Source: a virus. From it: a stretch of DNA of 64,000 nucleotides. Shown in pieces: positions 39,514-47,877 of the stretch. Below the pieces are notes generated by a model. That model did no database searches, was not told the origin of the DNA, and worked only from the letters and a program-made list of their open reading frames with translations. The DNA lies in IMG/VR virus record IMGVR_UViG_3300045051_000987, positions 1 through 64,000 of that record. One strand, 5' to 3'. Positions within the stretch are counted from its first letter, which is position 1, and every line of letters begins with the position of its first letter. The translations under genes and the position numbers were made by a program.

Positions 39514-40179
39514 TCAGCTCTTCGTGACGGGGTTCCCGTGCCCGCAGCGCGAGCAGTAGACGATCGCCTTCGAGTTTGCATCGTGCTCCTTGAAATCCCC
39601 CGGGCTCTCGCGCCCGCTCGCACCCGGCCGATCGTCGCGCCCCGTCCCGATGTCCTTGAGCGTCGCGAGCATCGTCGTGACCTGCTCGTCGCTCCATCCG
39701 AGGCCTGCGACGCCGGGCTCGTACTCGCGGTGATCGGCGAGCATCTTCGTGAGGAGCTCCTCGTCGTAGCCCGCCGCGCGCCCGTGCTGGTTGTCCGCGA
39801 GCAGGTAGGCCTCGGCCTCCTCGGGGCCCGACCACGAGAGCCCGCGGATCACCGGCACGAGCCAGTCACCGTCGGGAGCGACGTCGATGCGCGCGGGACG
39901 CACCTTGCCGGTCGATCGGAGTGCGAGGAGCACCTCGATGCGTCCGTGACCCGCCACGACGGTCTGCGTCGTCTCGTCGAGCATCACCGGGAGCGTGTAG
40001 CCGAAGCGGTTCATCGACGCGGTCACGCCGTCGACGTCGTGGCGCTTGGGGTTCCGCGGCGCCTGGTGCTCGACGAGCCACGAGAGGCGCTCGTAGCTGA
40101 TCCGCATGCGCGCGGGCTCGGGGATCGGGGTCTGCGGAGGAGTCGGTGAAGGGGTCTTCTTCGTGCGTGCGTTCGCCAT
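39514..40179 (-). CDS. ParB/Srx N-terminal domain protein with C-terminal CxxC
   Basis: RNPKRH...SMNRFGYTLPVMLD...VVAGHGR...YLLADN; CSRCG. Confidence 0.8.
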   Translation of the reverse strand: MANARTKKTPSPTPPQTPIPEPARMRISYERLSWLVEHQAPRNPKRHDVDGVTASMNRFGYTLPVMLDETTQTVVAGHGRIEVLLALRSTGKVRPARIDVAPDGDWLVPVIRGLSWSGPEEAEAYLLADNQHGRAAGYDEELLTKMLADHREYEPGVAGLGWSDEQVTTMLATLKDIGTGRDDRPGASGRESPGDFKEHDANSKAIVYCSRCGHGNPVTKS

Positions 40180-40224
40180 GTGCTCCCTGCTCGGCGCGAC
40201 CGTAGCAGGGCCAGGGGAGCGACG

Positions 40225-40500
40225 TCAGCCGCTCTCGACGCTCTCGCTCACGACCATCGGGGGCTTCACCTCCGACGTCGGCCACGGTGGACGCACGCGC
40301 CCGCCGTCCTCGAGCATCATCACGCTCTTCACGAGGGTGTTCGGGTCGACGCCGAAGCGCGCGGCCGCGACCTCGAGCAGCGCCTTCGCGATCGACTCCT
40401 CGGAGGAGTCGGCGGGCGTCGCGCAGTACGCGTAGACGATGTGCGCGAGATACTCCTCGGCCGTCACTTCTCGACCACGCTCCTTCTCAGCTTCCGGCAT
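40225..40500 (-). CDS. Hypothetical protein
   Basis: Fills gap; start uncertain. Confidence 0.45.
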   Translation of the reverse strand: MPEAEKERGREVTAEEYLAHIVYAYCATPADSSEESIAKALLEVAAARFGVDPNTLVKSVMMLEDGGRVRPPWPTSEVKPPMVVSESVESG

Positions 40501-41011
40501 CTCCGGCCTCCTTCTCGAGGTTCGCGAACTTGAAGCCGCACGAGCACGGCGTCGGTGCGACGAGCGACCTCTCGGCGAGAGCACCGCACCGAGGGCACGT
40601 CGTGTGGACCTTCATCCCTTCGATCGCGCCATCGCCATCGAGCACACCGACCACGCCGGCACGTCGCGCGAACGCGACCGCGCGCCGCGTGACGCCGACG
40701 TGACCCTCGATCCATCCCACGCGAAGCCAGTGCAGACGCGAGCGGATCGAACGGTCGCGCGTGCTCTGCGCGATCATCGCGAAGAGCTTCGGCGCGATGT
40801 CGAGGAGCGCGTCGTCGACGGCGACCTTGCGAGCTGCGAGGCGCGTCGCCATCACCGCGACGTTCGCGCCGATGAGAGCGACGGGGAAGCTCTTCGGCGT
40901 GAAGAGCTGAGGGTGCGCGCGAAGGATGCGAAGCGCCTCCTCGAGAAGCGCGGTCACGCTCTTGAGCTCCTCGGCCGTGAGGGCTCGATCGTCGTGCTCG
41001 TTGTTCGTCAT
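40487..41011 (-). CDS. Hypothetical protein with zinc ribbon
   Basis: CPRCG...CSCG. Confidence 0.6.
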   Translation of the reverse strand: MTNNEHDDRALTAEELKSVTALLEEALRILRAHPQLFTPKSFPVALIGANVAVMATRLAARKVAVDDALLDIAPKLFAMIAQSTRDRSIRSRLHWLRVGWIEGHVGVTRRAVAFARRAGVVGVLDGDGAIEGMKVHTTCPRCGALAERSLVAPTPCSCGFKFANLEKEAGDAGS

Positions 41012-41018
41012 GTGGCGT

Positions 41019-41288
41019 TCATCGGATCAGCGCGAGCCGGGGTGTGGCCGCGATGGTAGCAGGGGTGGGGGCTCGAACGATCGCACCGGCCTTCGACGCA
41101 TCTTCGAGACCATCGACGAAGGCTTCGCGCGCGGCGTGCTCGCCGGCACGCCGATCGGGATCGAAGAGCGCCGTCGCCATGCGGGTCATGATCCGCGAGC
41201 TCCACACCGACGCGTCGAGCGGCGTGCGCCACGTCCATCCGTTCTCGGCGAGCCGCAGATCGAGCTCGGCGCGGGTCTCGTCGCTCAT
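41019..41288 (-). CDS. Hypothetical protein
   Basis: MSDETRAELDLRLAENGW; start uncertain. Confidence 0.45.
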   Translation of the reverse strand: MSDETRAELDLRLAENGWTWRTPLDASVWSSRIMTRMATALFDPDRRAGEHAAREAFVDGLEDASKAGAIVRAPTPATIAATPRLALIR

Positions 41289-41317
41289 CGTGAACACGGG
41301 GCCGGAGCGTACAGGGA

Positions 41318-42196
41318 TCAGCCCGCGTCGCGCGGGGGTGAGTCGTCCTCGCCATCGTCGCGCGGCATGAGGCGCTGAGCTCGCTCGACGAGGCGCGTGA
41401 GCCGCGTGACCTGCACGCCGCCGTTCGGATCGGCGCCCATGCGGATCGCGTAGGCCGTGAGGCCGGAGACGAGCACGCGCTTCTCGCTCTCGATGGTGTG
41501 GTCGAGCGTGACGCTGCATCCGAGCATGCCGAGCGTCGATTCCGTGTCGGCGGTCGCCGACATCACGAGCTCGGCGACGAAGTCCTCGAAGCTCTGCTCG
41601 CGATCCTTCCACACGTAGTCGGTGAGCCACGAATCGTCGCTCGTGAGCACGTCGATCAGCGTCGCAGCGACGCGCATGAGGCGAGGGAGCGGCTTCGCGA
41701 CGACCTTCTCGATCGCGACAACCTCCTCGAGCCGCGTCTTCGCATCGACGCCGAGCGCCGCGCACGCACGCTCGAAGGCATCCTCGATCGCCGAGGGCAC
41801 GATGCCGGGGAGCGAGGTGAGCAGGCGCATCTTCACGATGGCGCCCGCGAGGCGATCGAGAAACTCGTGCTCGGTGTCGACGAGGGCGCGAGACTGAGGC
41901 GCCATCATGAAGCGGATGTCGAAGACGAGATGGTTCTTCGTCTTGGCGACGTGCACGACCTCGAAGTTGCGCGTGTCGTCCGTCTTGAAGACCTCGTTCG
42001 ACTTGAGGAAGTCGCTGACCACATCGCGCATGGCGCGCCGCGAGGCCTCGGTGTTCGTGTCGCCCGCGAAGAGTGAGGCGAGCGTGTTGCGGAGCCGCGT
42101 CTCGACGTTCTTCGTGACGATGATGGGCTCGGCGATCGAATGGTCCGGCTCCTTGAGCACGACCACGGTTTCGGGATCGAACAGCAAATCAGACAC
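41318..42196 (-). CDS. Hypothetical protein
   Basis: 292 aa, GGAGG SD. Confidence 0.7.
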   Translation of the reverse strand: MSDLLFDPETVVVLKEPDHSIAEPIIVTKNVETRLRNTLASLFAGDTNTEASRRAMRDVVSDFLKSNEVFKTDDTRNFEVVHVAKTKNHLVFDIRFMMAPQSRALVDTEHEFLDRLAGAIVKMRLLTSLPGIVPSAIEDAFERACAALGVDAKTRLEEVVAIEKVVAKPLPRLMRVAATLIDVLTSDDSWLTDYVWKDREQSFEDFVAELVMSATADTESTLGMLGCSVTLDHTIESEKRVLVSGLTAYAIRMGADPNGGVQVTRLTRLVERAQRLMPRDDGEDDSPPRDAG

Positions 42197-42214
42197 AGGG
42201 ACCTCCTCGAGATC

Positions 42215-43084
42215 TCAGAAGGGGATGTCTTCGGCCTGCTCGTGACCGCACGCCGAGCACTTCACGTGGCGCGTGCGATGCACAGCGCCGTCGACGCCGA
42301 CATCGACGATGGGCTTGAGATCCGTCGAGCCGCACGTGTCGCACTTCGGGTTCATCCACCGCGGCTCGGATGACTCGACGAGGGGTGGGATCGTGATCTG
42401 AACCTGCTCGGCTCGGAGGTCGGTGCCGCACTCCGAACACGAGAGGTGACCGTCTTCGACGCGCGCGCCGCATGCCCAGCACGTGCGCGGGAGAGGCGCG
42501 GGCTCGCCGACCACGACCTTCGAGTGAGCCGCGAGCGAGTTGGCCTCGGCGATCAGCTCCGCGCGCACCTCGGGCGTGAGGTCGGCGAGCCCGAGCTTCT
42601 TCGCCTCGCGCACGAAGCCCGCTTCGATGTCGCCGATGTGCTTGTCGAACTCGGCATAGAGGAAGTGAGCGTTGAACGACGAGACGCCCTCGCTCTTCTC
42701 GAACTTCGCAGCCTCCTCGTCGGTGAAGTCGTACTCGGGACGAGCACACGCGGGCTGCATCGCCTTCTTCGCGTTCTCGTACGCAAGCGCCGCGTCCGTG
42801 AGCGACTTCTCGGCCTCGCGGGCGTTCGTCCATGCGCGCGAGACCGCGTCGTTCGCAGCATCGAGCGCGGTTATCGCCTCCTTCTGCTTCGCCTTCGCAT
42901 GAGCATGGGTCGCCTGAGCGCGCGCGAGCTTGCCCGACGCCTCGAAGAGCTCGTAGCGCGCCTCGGCGACGTCGTCGTACGACGGAGGTGCCTTCTCGGT
43001 CGTGACGGGCGCGACGTCTTCGGCGTCTTCGGCGTCGACGTCCTTCGCTTCGTTCCGCGAGAGCACGTGGCGATGTTCGGTCAT
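42215..43084 (-). CDS. Coiled-coil plus zinc-ribbon protein ending in EDIPF
   Basis: Four CxxC pairs; acidic-IPF C-terminus. Confidence 0.7.
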   Translation of the reverse strand: MTEHRHVLSRNEAKDVDAEDAEDVAPVTTEKAPPSYDDVAEARYELFEASGKLARAQATHAHAKAKQKEAITALDAANDAVSRAWTNAREAEKSLTDAALAYENAKKAMQPACARPEYDFTDEEAAKFEKSEGVSSFNAHFLYAEFDKHIGDIEAGFVREAKKLGLADLTPEVRAELIAEANSLAAHSKVVVGEPAPLPRTCWACGARVEDGHLSCSECGTDLRAEQVQITIPPLVESSEPRWMNPKCDTCGSTDLKPIVDVGVDGAVHRTRHVKCSACGHEQAEDIPF

Positions 43085-43090
43085 GGCCCC

Positions 43091-43100
43091 ATCATGCCGC
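43091..43100 (-). promoter_or_regulatory. Class M motif, 6 nt before ATG 43084
   Basis: GCGGCATGAT. Confidence 0.7.
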
Positions 43101-43105
43101 GACGA

Positions 43106-45076
43106 TCAGCGGCCCGCGGTGAGCCTTCGGATCCGGTCGCTGATCGTCGCTGCGTCCGCACGACGCGGGAGCGACGACGGAAGGCCCTCGTGACCGCCGA
43201 TGATGCGCGCGCGCACCTCGCCCTTGCGCGTCTGCATCCCTCGAAGCCGACGGAGCGCCCACGTGCGAGCGAACCAGAGCCCCATGAGCCGATCGCCGGG
43301 GTGCGCACCGGGCACGTACGCGCGCATCTCGCCGAGGAGACGACGCACCTCGTCGGGCACGTCCTTGCCGTTGCGGCCGCTCGGGAGGCGCCATCGGTTC
43401 GCCTCGAACTCCGCCGCCATCGCGTCGATGCCGAGCACCTCGTCGTACTTGTTCCGGCCCGTGTAGAAGGGGAGCACCGGAACGCTGATAGACGAACCCT
43501 CCTCGTTCGCGAGGTCGACGATGTGCTTCTGGATGCCGTTGTCCTCGACCACGATGAAGCCGCCGAAGCGGTCCGCGACGTCGGAGAGGTTCCGCATCAC
43601 ATCGCCACCGCTCCATCGACCTGCGCGCGCGGCCACGAGCTGACGCATACCCGAGGGGTGCACCGCGATCGTGAACATCGTCGTCGCGCCGCCGGTCATC
43701 TTCCGCGACGCACCGAGATCGCAGCCCGTCACGATGAGCGTGCCCGACGGAGGCTCGCCGATGTTGTCGACGAAGCGGTAGCCCATGCCGAGACGGAGCG
43801 CGGCGCGGAGCCATTCGGGACGGAACGACATCGCACCGGGGTCACGCGGCTCGCACATGTACATGCGCGCGAACTCGAGCTCGTTGGCCTGCGTCTTCCG
43901 AACCTGTCGGATGCGGTGAAGGGGCCATCGCTCCGGCCACGTCGGGTTCCCCGCTTCGTCGAGCACGGGGTAGCGAAGCGTCACCCATCCGCCCTCACCG
44001 AGCTCGTGCGCGAGGTCTTCCTCGTGCCACGCGTTCGTCAAGAAGACCATCTTCGCCCCGGACGTGAGACGAGTCATGAACGTCCGACGGAACCAAGACG
44101 ACGTGTCCGCGCGCGCGGGAGCGCTCCGCGTGTTCTCGTAGTCGAGGAGGTCGTCGACGACGGCTCGATCGATGCGGGCGCCGAGGATGTTGCCGTGGAA
44201 GCCGAGACAGTAGATCGACGGGTCGCGCGCGAGAGACGCACGCTCGATGGTGATGGCGTCCTCGCGCCATAGACCGCCCGGACGGAGGTGAGGGAACACC
44301 GCCCGCAGCTCCGTCGAGCGCTCGAGGTATTTCTTCGTCGCCGAGAGGTTCTTCTTCGCGCCGTCCTGACCGTTGTTCAGGAACACCGTGCGGAGGTCGG
44401 GGTTGTTCCCGAGCTCGAAGAGCGTGCGCCCGACCGCGAACTGCTGTGTCTTCCCCGACTCCGGGTGTGCGAGGACGATCATGAAGTCCTCGCGGTCGTA
44501 GGTCGCCTGCATCTCGAGGTGGATGCGCGCTTGCTCGATGTCGGCGCCCGTCTCTTCGTCCTTGAGGACGAACTCGTTGAAGGTGTTCACGTCACGCCGC
44601 GCGAGCGCGAGGAGGCTCTCGTAGGCGTACCTCCCGGCCTCGATGCCGTCGGTCGGGAGCATGTCGTCGTCTTCGTCGCCGCCGGGGCTCTGAGAGGCGC
44701 CTGAGAGCGGCACCGAGGCATCCGACTCGATGGGGGGCTCGCCCGAGGCCCATACCGGACCGGTCTCCGACTCGGAACCGACGGGCACGGGGCCCCCGAG
44801 CGTGTCGGATTGATTTAGGATGCGGTCAGTTGCCGATTTTTGTAGCGAATCGGTGGAGGGGGGGACTACGGCCCTGAGCGCGCCGCGCGCGACGGAACTC
44901 GACCCCTCCCCCCCTCCCCCCGATCGTGAACCGCCGGCCACACTGCTCGCCTGCTTCCTGGGCTTGGGGCCTCGTGGTGCGTAGGGATCGACGACCTTCT
45001 TCGTTGCGTGTTCACCCGGGTGAACACGTGAGGGTGAGGGCTGCTCGAGCTGTCCCTTGTACATGCTCCGCTTCAC
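43106..45076 (-). CDS. terL: Terminase large subunit (true start may be 44662)
   Basis: PESGKT Walker A-like, VVDD Walker B, GCDL and GDRLM nuclease acidic residues, VVEDNG.Q. Confidence 0.9.
   Translation of the reverse strand: MKRSMYKGQLEQPSPSRVHPGEHATKKVVDPYAPRGPKPRKQASSVAGGSRSGGGGEGSSSVARGALRAVVPPSTDSLQKSATDRILNQSDTLGGPVPVGSESETGPVWASGEPPIESDASVPLSGASQSPGGDEDDDMLPTDGIEAGRYAYESLLALARRDVNTFNEFVLKDEETGADIEQARIHLEMQATYDREDFMIVLAHPESGKTQQFAVGRTLFELGNNPDLRTVFLNNGQDGAKKNLSATKKYLERSTELRAVFPHLRPGGLWREDAITIERASLARDPSIYCLGFHGNILGARIDRAVVDDLLDYENTRSAPARADTSSWFRRTFMTRLTSGAKMVFLTNAWHEEDLAHELGEGGWVTLRYPVLDEAGNPTWPERWPLHRIRQVRKTQANELEFARMYMCEPRDPGAMSFRPEWLRAALRLGMGYRFVDNIGEPPSGTLIVTGCDLGASRKMTGGATTMFTIAVHPSGMRQLVAARAGRWSGGDVMRNLSDVADRFGGFIVVEDNGIQKHIVDLANEEGSSISVPVLPFYTGRNKYDEVLGIDAMAAEFEANRWRLPSGRNGKDVPDEVRRLLGEMRAYVPGAHPGDRLMGLWFARTWALRRLRGMQTRKGEVRARIIGGHEGLPSSLPRRADAATISDRIRRLTAGR
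45009..45026. repeat. 18-bp palindrome copy 7
   Basis: TGTTCACCCGGGTGAACA. Confidence 0.95.
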
Positions 45077-45906
45077 AGCTCGAGCCCTTCCACGAGCTCA
45101 GCAACGTCTTCGTCTTCCACGTCCACCACCGACACGACCTTCGCTTCAAGCACCCTCTGCCGAGCCCGCTTCTTCTCGAACGCCTTGTTCGCTAGAGCGA
45201 GCCACTGTGCAGCCTCATCCTCAGTCATCTCCCCCACAGGGGACGGGTCTGCCCTGCCGAGGATGGTGGTGGGCTCTCCCATGAGCAGCCTGTTCATGTT
45301 CACCGTCCCCGCAGAGGCCTGCGTGGTGCGGTGCACAATCCCTCCGATGGTGCGTAGGACCGACATCCTGTCCCTCACCCCCATGGTCCGGATCTTCTCC
45401 GCATCGGAGAGGAGGGAATCGGCGATCTGCACACTGAGCTCGAGGAGCCTCGCGTTCACGTTCGTCAGCACGAGGGCGCTGATCCGGTTAGCCCTCACGA
45501 GCTTGACCTCCTCCTCCCTAGAAGCGACTGCGTCTCCGAGAACGAGGGTTTCCTGCTTCCGAGCCTTCTTCGTGGCTTCGAGGCGTGCTCGGAGGGCTTG
45601 GGCGTGTTCCTTGGCTTGCTCAATCGCGTCGGCCTTCTCAGCGGCCTTCGCCCGCTTGTCGAGCTCGACGCCCTTGGCGCGCGCGCAGTCGCGAAGGCTC
45701 GGAAGCTTGAGCCTCGGCTCTCCCGAATCGATCAGGCGCGTGGCGACCTCTCGGGAGACGCCTGCGGCCTGCGAGACGGCCGTGACCGTGCCGAACGCAA
45801 GCCAGGCCTCGCGAGCCTTCTCGTGCACCTCGGGCGGTACGACCGCGCTCGCCGCGGATGCGTGTTCACCCGGGTGAACACCGGGGCGCTTCGTGCGCTT
45901 CTTCAT
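45073..45906 (-). CDS. Putative terminase small subunit
   Basis: N-terminal HTH-like segment (GTVTAVSQAAGVSREVA), helical body, directly upstream of terL. Confidence 0.55.
   Translation of the reverse strand: MKKRTKRPGVHPGEHASAASAVVPPEVHEKAREAWLAFGTVTAVSQAAGVSREVATRLIDSGEPRLKLPSLRDCARAKGVELDKRAKAAEKADAIEQAKEHAQALRARLEATKKARKQETLVLGDAVASREEEVKLVRANRISALVLTNVNARLLELSVQIADSLLSDAEKIRTMGVRDRMSVLRTIGGIVHRTTQASAGTVNMNRLLMGEPTTILGRADPSPVGEMTEDEAAQWLALANKAFEKKRARQRVLEAKVVSVVDVEDEDVAELVEGLEL
45863..45880. repeat. 18-bp palindrome copy 8 (intragenic)
   Basis: TGTTCACCCGGGTGAACA. Confidence 0.95.
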
Positions 45907-46039
45907 CGATCCGGAGCCTAGCCGATCGCGGGTCCCTTGGGCCGGGGTCGGCCCGATTGGGGGCGCAAGGGGCCGCCCTCTCTGTATTGAGTCTGTCCGA
46001 ATTGGGCGACCGGGGCGCGTGTGAGTCTGTCCGGTCCGT

Positions 46040-46303
46040 TCAGTCGCCTGCGTGTTCACCCGGGTGAACACCGACCCGTTCCGGGGGCCACGCGCGCTCC
46101 CATCTCGGGTCCGTCGGCTTCGGTAGCGCCTGCATCCGGGCGTGCTCGAGCGCTCTCGTGAGCGAGGCTGCTAGGTCCCTCAGCCCCTTCGACCTGCATC
46201 TCAGGCACCACGCGACTCCCGGCGCTCCGCACGCGTGACACGAGCCATGTCGGTACGGGTGAGCGTCTGACCTCGGGGGTGTCGTCGGCCATGCTCGGAT
46301 CAC
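46040..46303 (-). CDS. Small CxxC...CxxC protein
   Basis: GTGA overlap start; CHAC and CLRC. Confidence 0.5.
   Translation of the reverse strand: MIRAWPTTPPRSDAHPYRHGSCHACGAPGVAWCLRCRSKGLRDLAASLTRALEHARMQALPKPTDPRWERAWPPERVGVHPGEHAGD
46053..46070. repeat. 18-bp palindrome copy 9
   Basis: TGTTCACCCGGGTGAACA. Confidence 0.95.
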
Positions 46304-46785
46304 GTCGAGGCCTTCCCCTGCATCGCCACCATGTGGCTCGTCGCTCTCCCGTGCCCTGTGATGCGTACGAGCGAACCGCACACCTCGCACTTCGTCATCG
46401 GTCGCTCGAAGGCCTCCATGCGCTCTCTCGGGGTAGCCATCGCGGGGATGTCTCGCGTCTTGGCCTTCCTCAGTGAGCCCGTGCACCTCGCCCGCATGTC
46501 GAAGAGGTCGAGGAAGTGCTTCGGGAACGTCTCGCATGCTGCGGAGGTCCGTCCTGACCTCGAGCCTCTCGTGCCCGGTGCTGAGCCCGTGTAGCGCCAT
46601 GTGACCGCGTCGAGGACGGTGCCCGTGATGCGCACGCCGAGGATCACGCCCGGCCTACGCGTCCGCTTGTGCTCGATGAGCATGCCCACGGCGAGGGGCT
46701 GAGGTTCCTCGATGACGACCTCGACCTCTTGCGGGAGGGCCGGGCCTAGCTCCTTGGGTGCCTGCTTCTTCGTGCGCGCCTTCAC
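46300..46785 (-). CDS. Hypothetical protein with Cys/His cluster
   Basis: GTG 46785; CTGS...CEVCG...H. Confidence 0.55.
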   Translation of the reverse strand: MKARTKKQAPKELGPALPQEVEVVIEEPQPLAVGMLIEHKRTRRPGVILGVRITGTVLDAVTWRYTGSAPGTRGSRSGRTSAACETFPKHFLDLFDMRARCTGSLRKAKTRDIPAMATPRERMEAFERPMTKCEVCGSLVRITGHGRATSHMVAMQGKAST

Positions 46786-46786
46786 G

Positions 46787-47027
46787 TCAGACGCCGACGA
46801 ACTCTGCGAGCACCACACCACGCTCGACGCCACGTGCAGCCGTGCCGATGTGCTCGACGATGATCTTGTCGGGACCGACCCACGAAGAGTCGCCGACGAC
46901 GTTGTTCTCACCGCCTCGTGGATGGATGGATGGTGAGGGCGTCCTTCTCCGACTTCGCTGCGACTACGCACCCGCTGTAGTAGTCGAGGTGCTTGGGGGC
47001 CGAGCGCGAGAGCTTGTAGAGCTTCAT
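46787..47027 (-). pseudogene. Small phage gene frameshifted at a (TGGA)3 tract
   Basis: Deleting one 4-bp unit at 46919-46933 gives a continuous 78-aa ORF that exactly fills the gap. Confidence 0.65.
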
Positions 47028-47033
47028 GGCTCG

Positions 47034-47043
47034 ATCATGCCGC
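47034..47043 (-). promoter_or_regulatory. Class M motif, 6 nt before ATG 47027
   Basis: GCGGCATGAT. Confidence 0.7.
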
Positions 47044-47051
47044 GCTCGCCC

Positions 47052-47435
47052 TCAGCGGCCGCCTGCGCGGATCTCACGTGCTCGGGAGCTGTGCCAGCGC
47101 ATGACGCTCCACAGCGTCGCCGAGGCCTTCTCGTCGCCGTGGATGGCCTCCGAGGCGATGCGGCATCGCTCGGCGCTCAAGTCGTGCTCTCGTGCGCGGA
47201 TCTCGAGCGCCCATTCCTCTGCGGTGGCCTCGGGATGCCTCAGCACGACGTCGAGGCGCTCGGTGGCCTTCATGAGCCGCACGAGAGGCGCCGAGGAGCG
47301 TGACGGGCTCGGAAAGGCTGCCTGAGCGTCGCACGCCTCCCGCGCGGCTCGATGGGCTTCGCAGGCCTCGCGCAAGGCCGCGAGCTGCTTCTTCGTCTCC
47401 TCGAGCTCGGTGGTGAGCTGCTCTACGGTCTTCAC
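47052..47435 (-). CDS. Hypothetical helical protein
   Basis: GTGA overlap start. Confidence 0.55.
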   Translation of the reverse strand: MKTVEQLTTELEETKKQLAALREACEAHRAAREACDAQAAFPSPSRSSAPLVRLMKATERLDVVLRHPEATAEEWALEIRAREHDLSAERCRIASEAIHGDEKASATLWSVMRWHSSRAREIRAGGR

Positions 47436-47755
47436 TCGGATCCTCGCTTCATGAGGTGCGCGGCGAGCTTCTGTCCGGCCTTCTTCACGCGGTGCACGTC
47501 CGTGGGGTGCTCGATCCCGCCTCGGAGCCATCCCGCGGGGTCGCCGAGGTCGGCGTCGATGGAGGAGGCCACCACGCGTGCCGCGTAGCGGTCTGCCGAG
47601 GCCTGATCGGGGAACTGAGGCCTCGTGCCCTTCTTCGGGCGTGGTGGGCGCTTGGGGAGCGCGCGCGGTGGTGTCGCATCGGTCGCGATCCCGATGATGC
47701 CGGAGCCGAACCCGGCACCGACCGCGAGGTGTTCACCCGGGTGAACACGCTTCAC
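47432..47755 (-). CDS. Hypothetical protein
   Basis: 107 aa, coupled both sides. Confidence 0.5.
   Translation of the reverse strand: MKRVHPGEHLAVGAGFGSGIIGIATDATPPRALPKRPPRPKKGTRPQFPDQASADRYAARVVASSIDADLGDPAGWLRGGIEHPTDVHRVKKAGQKLAAHLMKRGSE
47730..47747. repeat. 18-bp palindrome copy 10 (intragenic)
   Basis: TGTTCACCCGGGTGAACA. Confidence 0.95.
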
Positions 47756-47877
47756 GGCGTCACCGTGACGTGCACGTGCTCGGCGATGAGCACGATCAGC
47801 CGAAGGAGCGCGGCGAGGCCTTGGATGGCTCCGGCGATGACGAGGAGCGTGATGAGCCGTTCTTCGTGCTTCCTCAT
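47752..47877 (-). CDS. 41-aa hydrophobic peptide
   Basis: MRKHEERLITLLVIAGAIQGLAALLRLIVLIAEHVHVTVTP; 4-bp overlaps on both sides. Confidence 0.55.
   Translation of the reverse strand: MRKHEERLITLLVIAGAIQGLAALLRLIVLIAEHVHVTVTP

Noticed and set aside
39514-40179. ParB-like gene as the partition protein for the palindromes
   Set aside because: Only the N-terminal ParB/Srx domain is evident, with no clear HTH and no parA; this type typically accompanies phage methylases. Kept only as a weak candidate.
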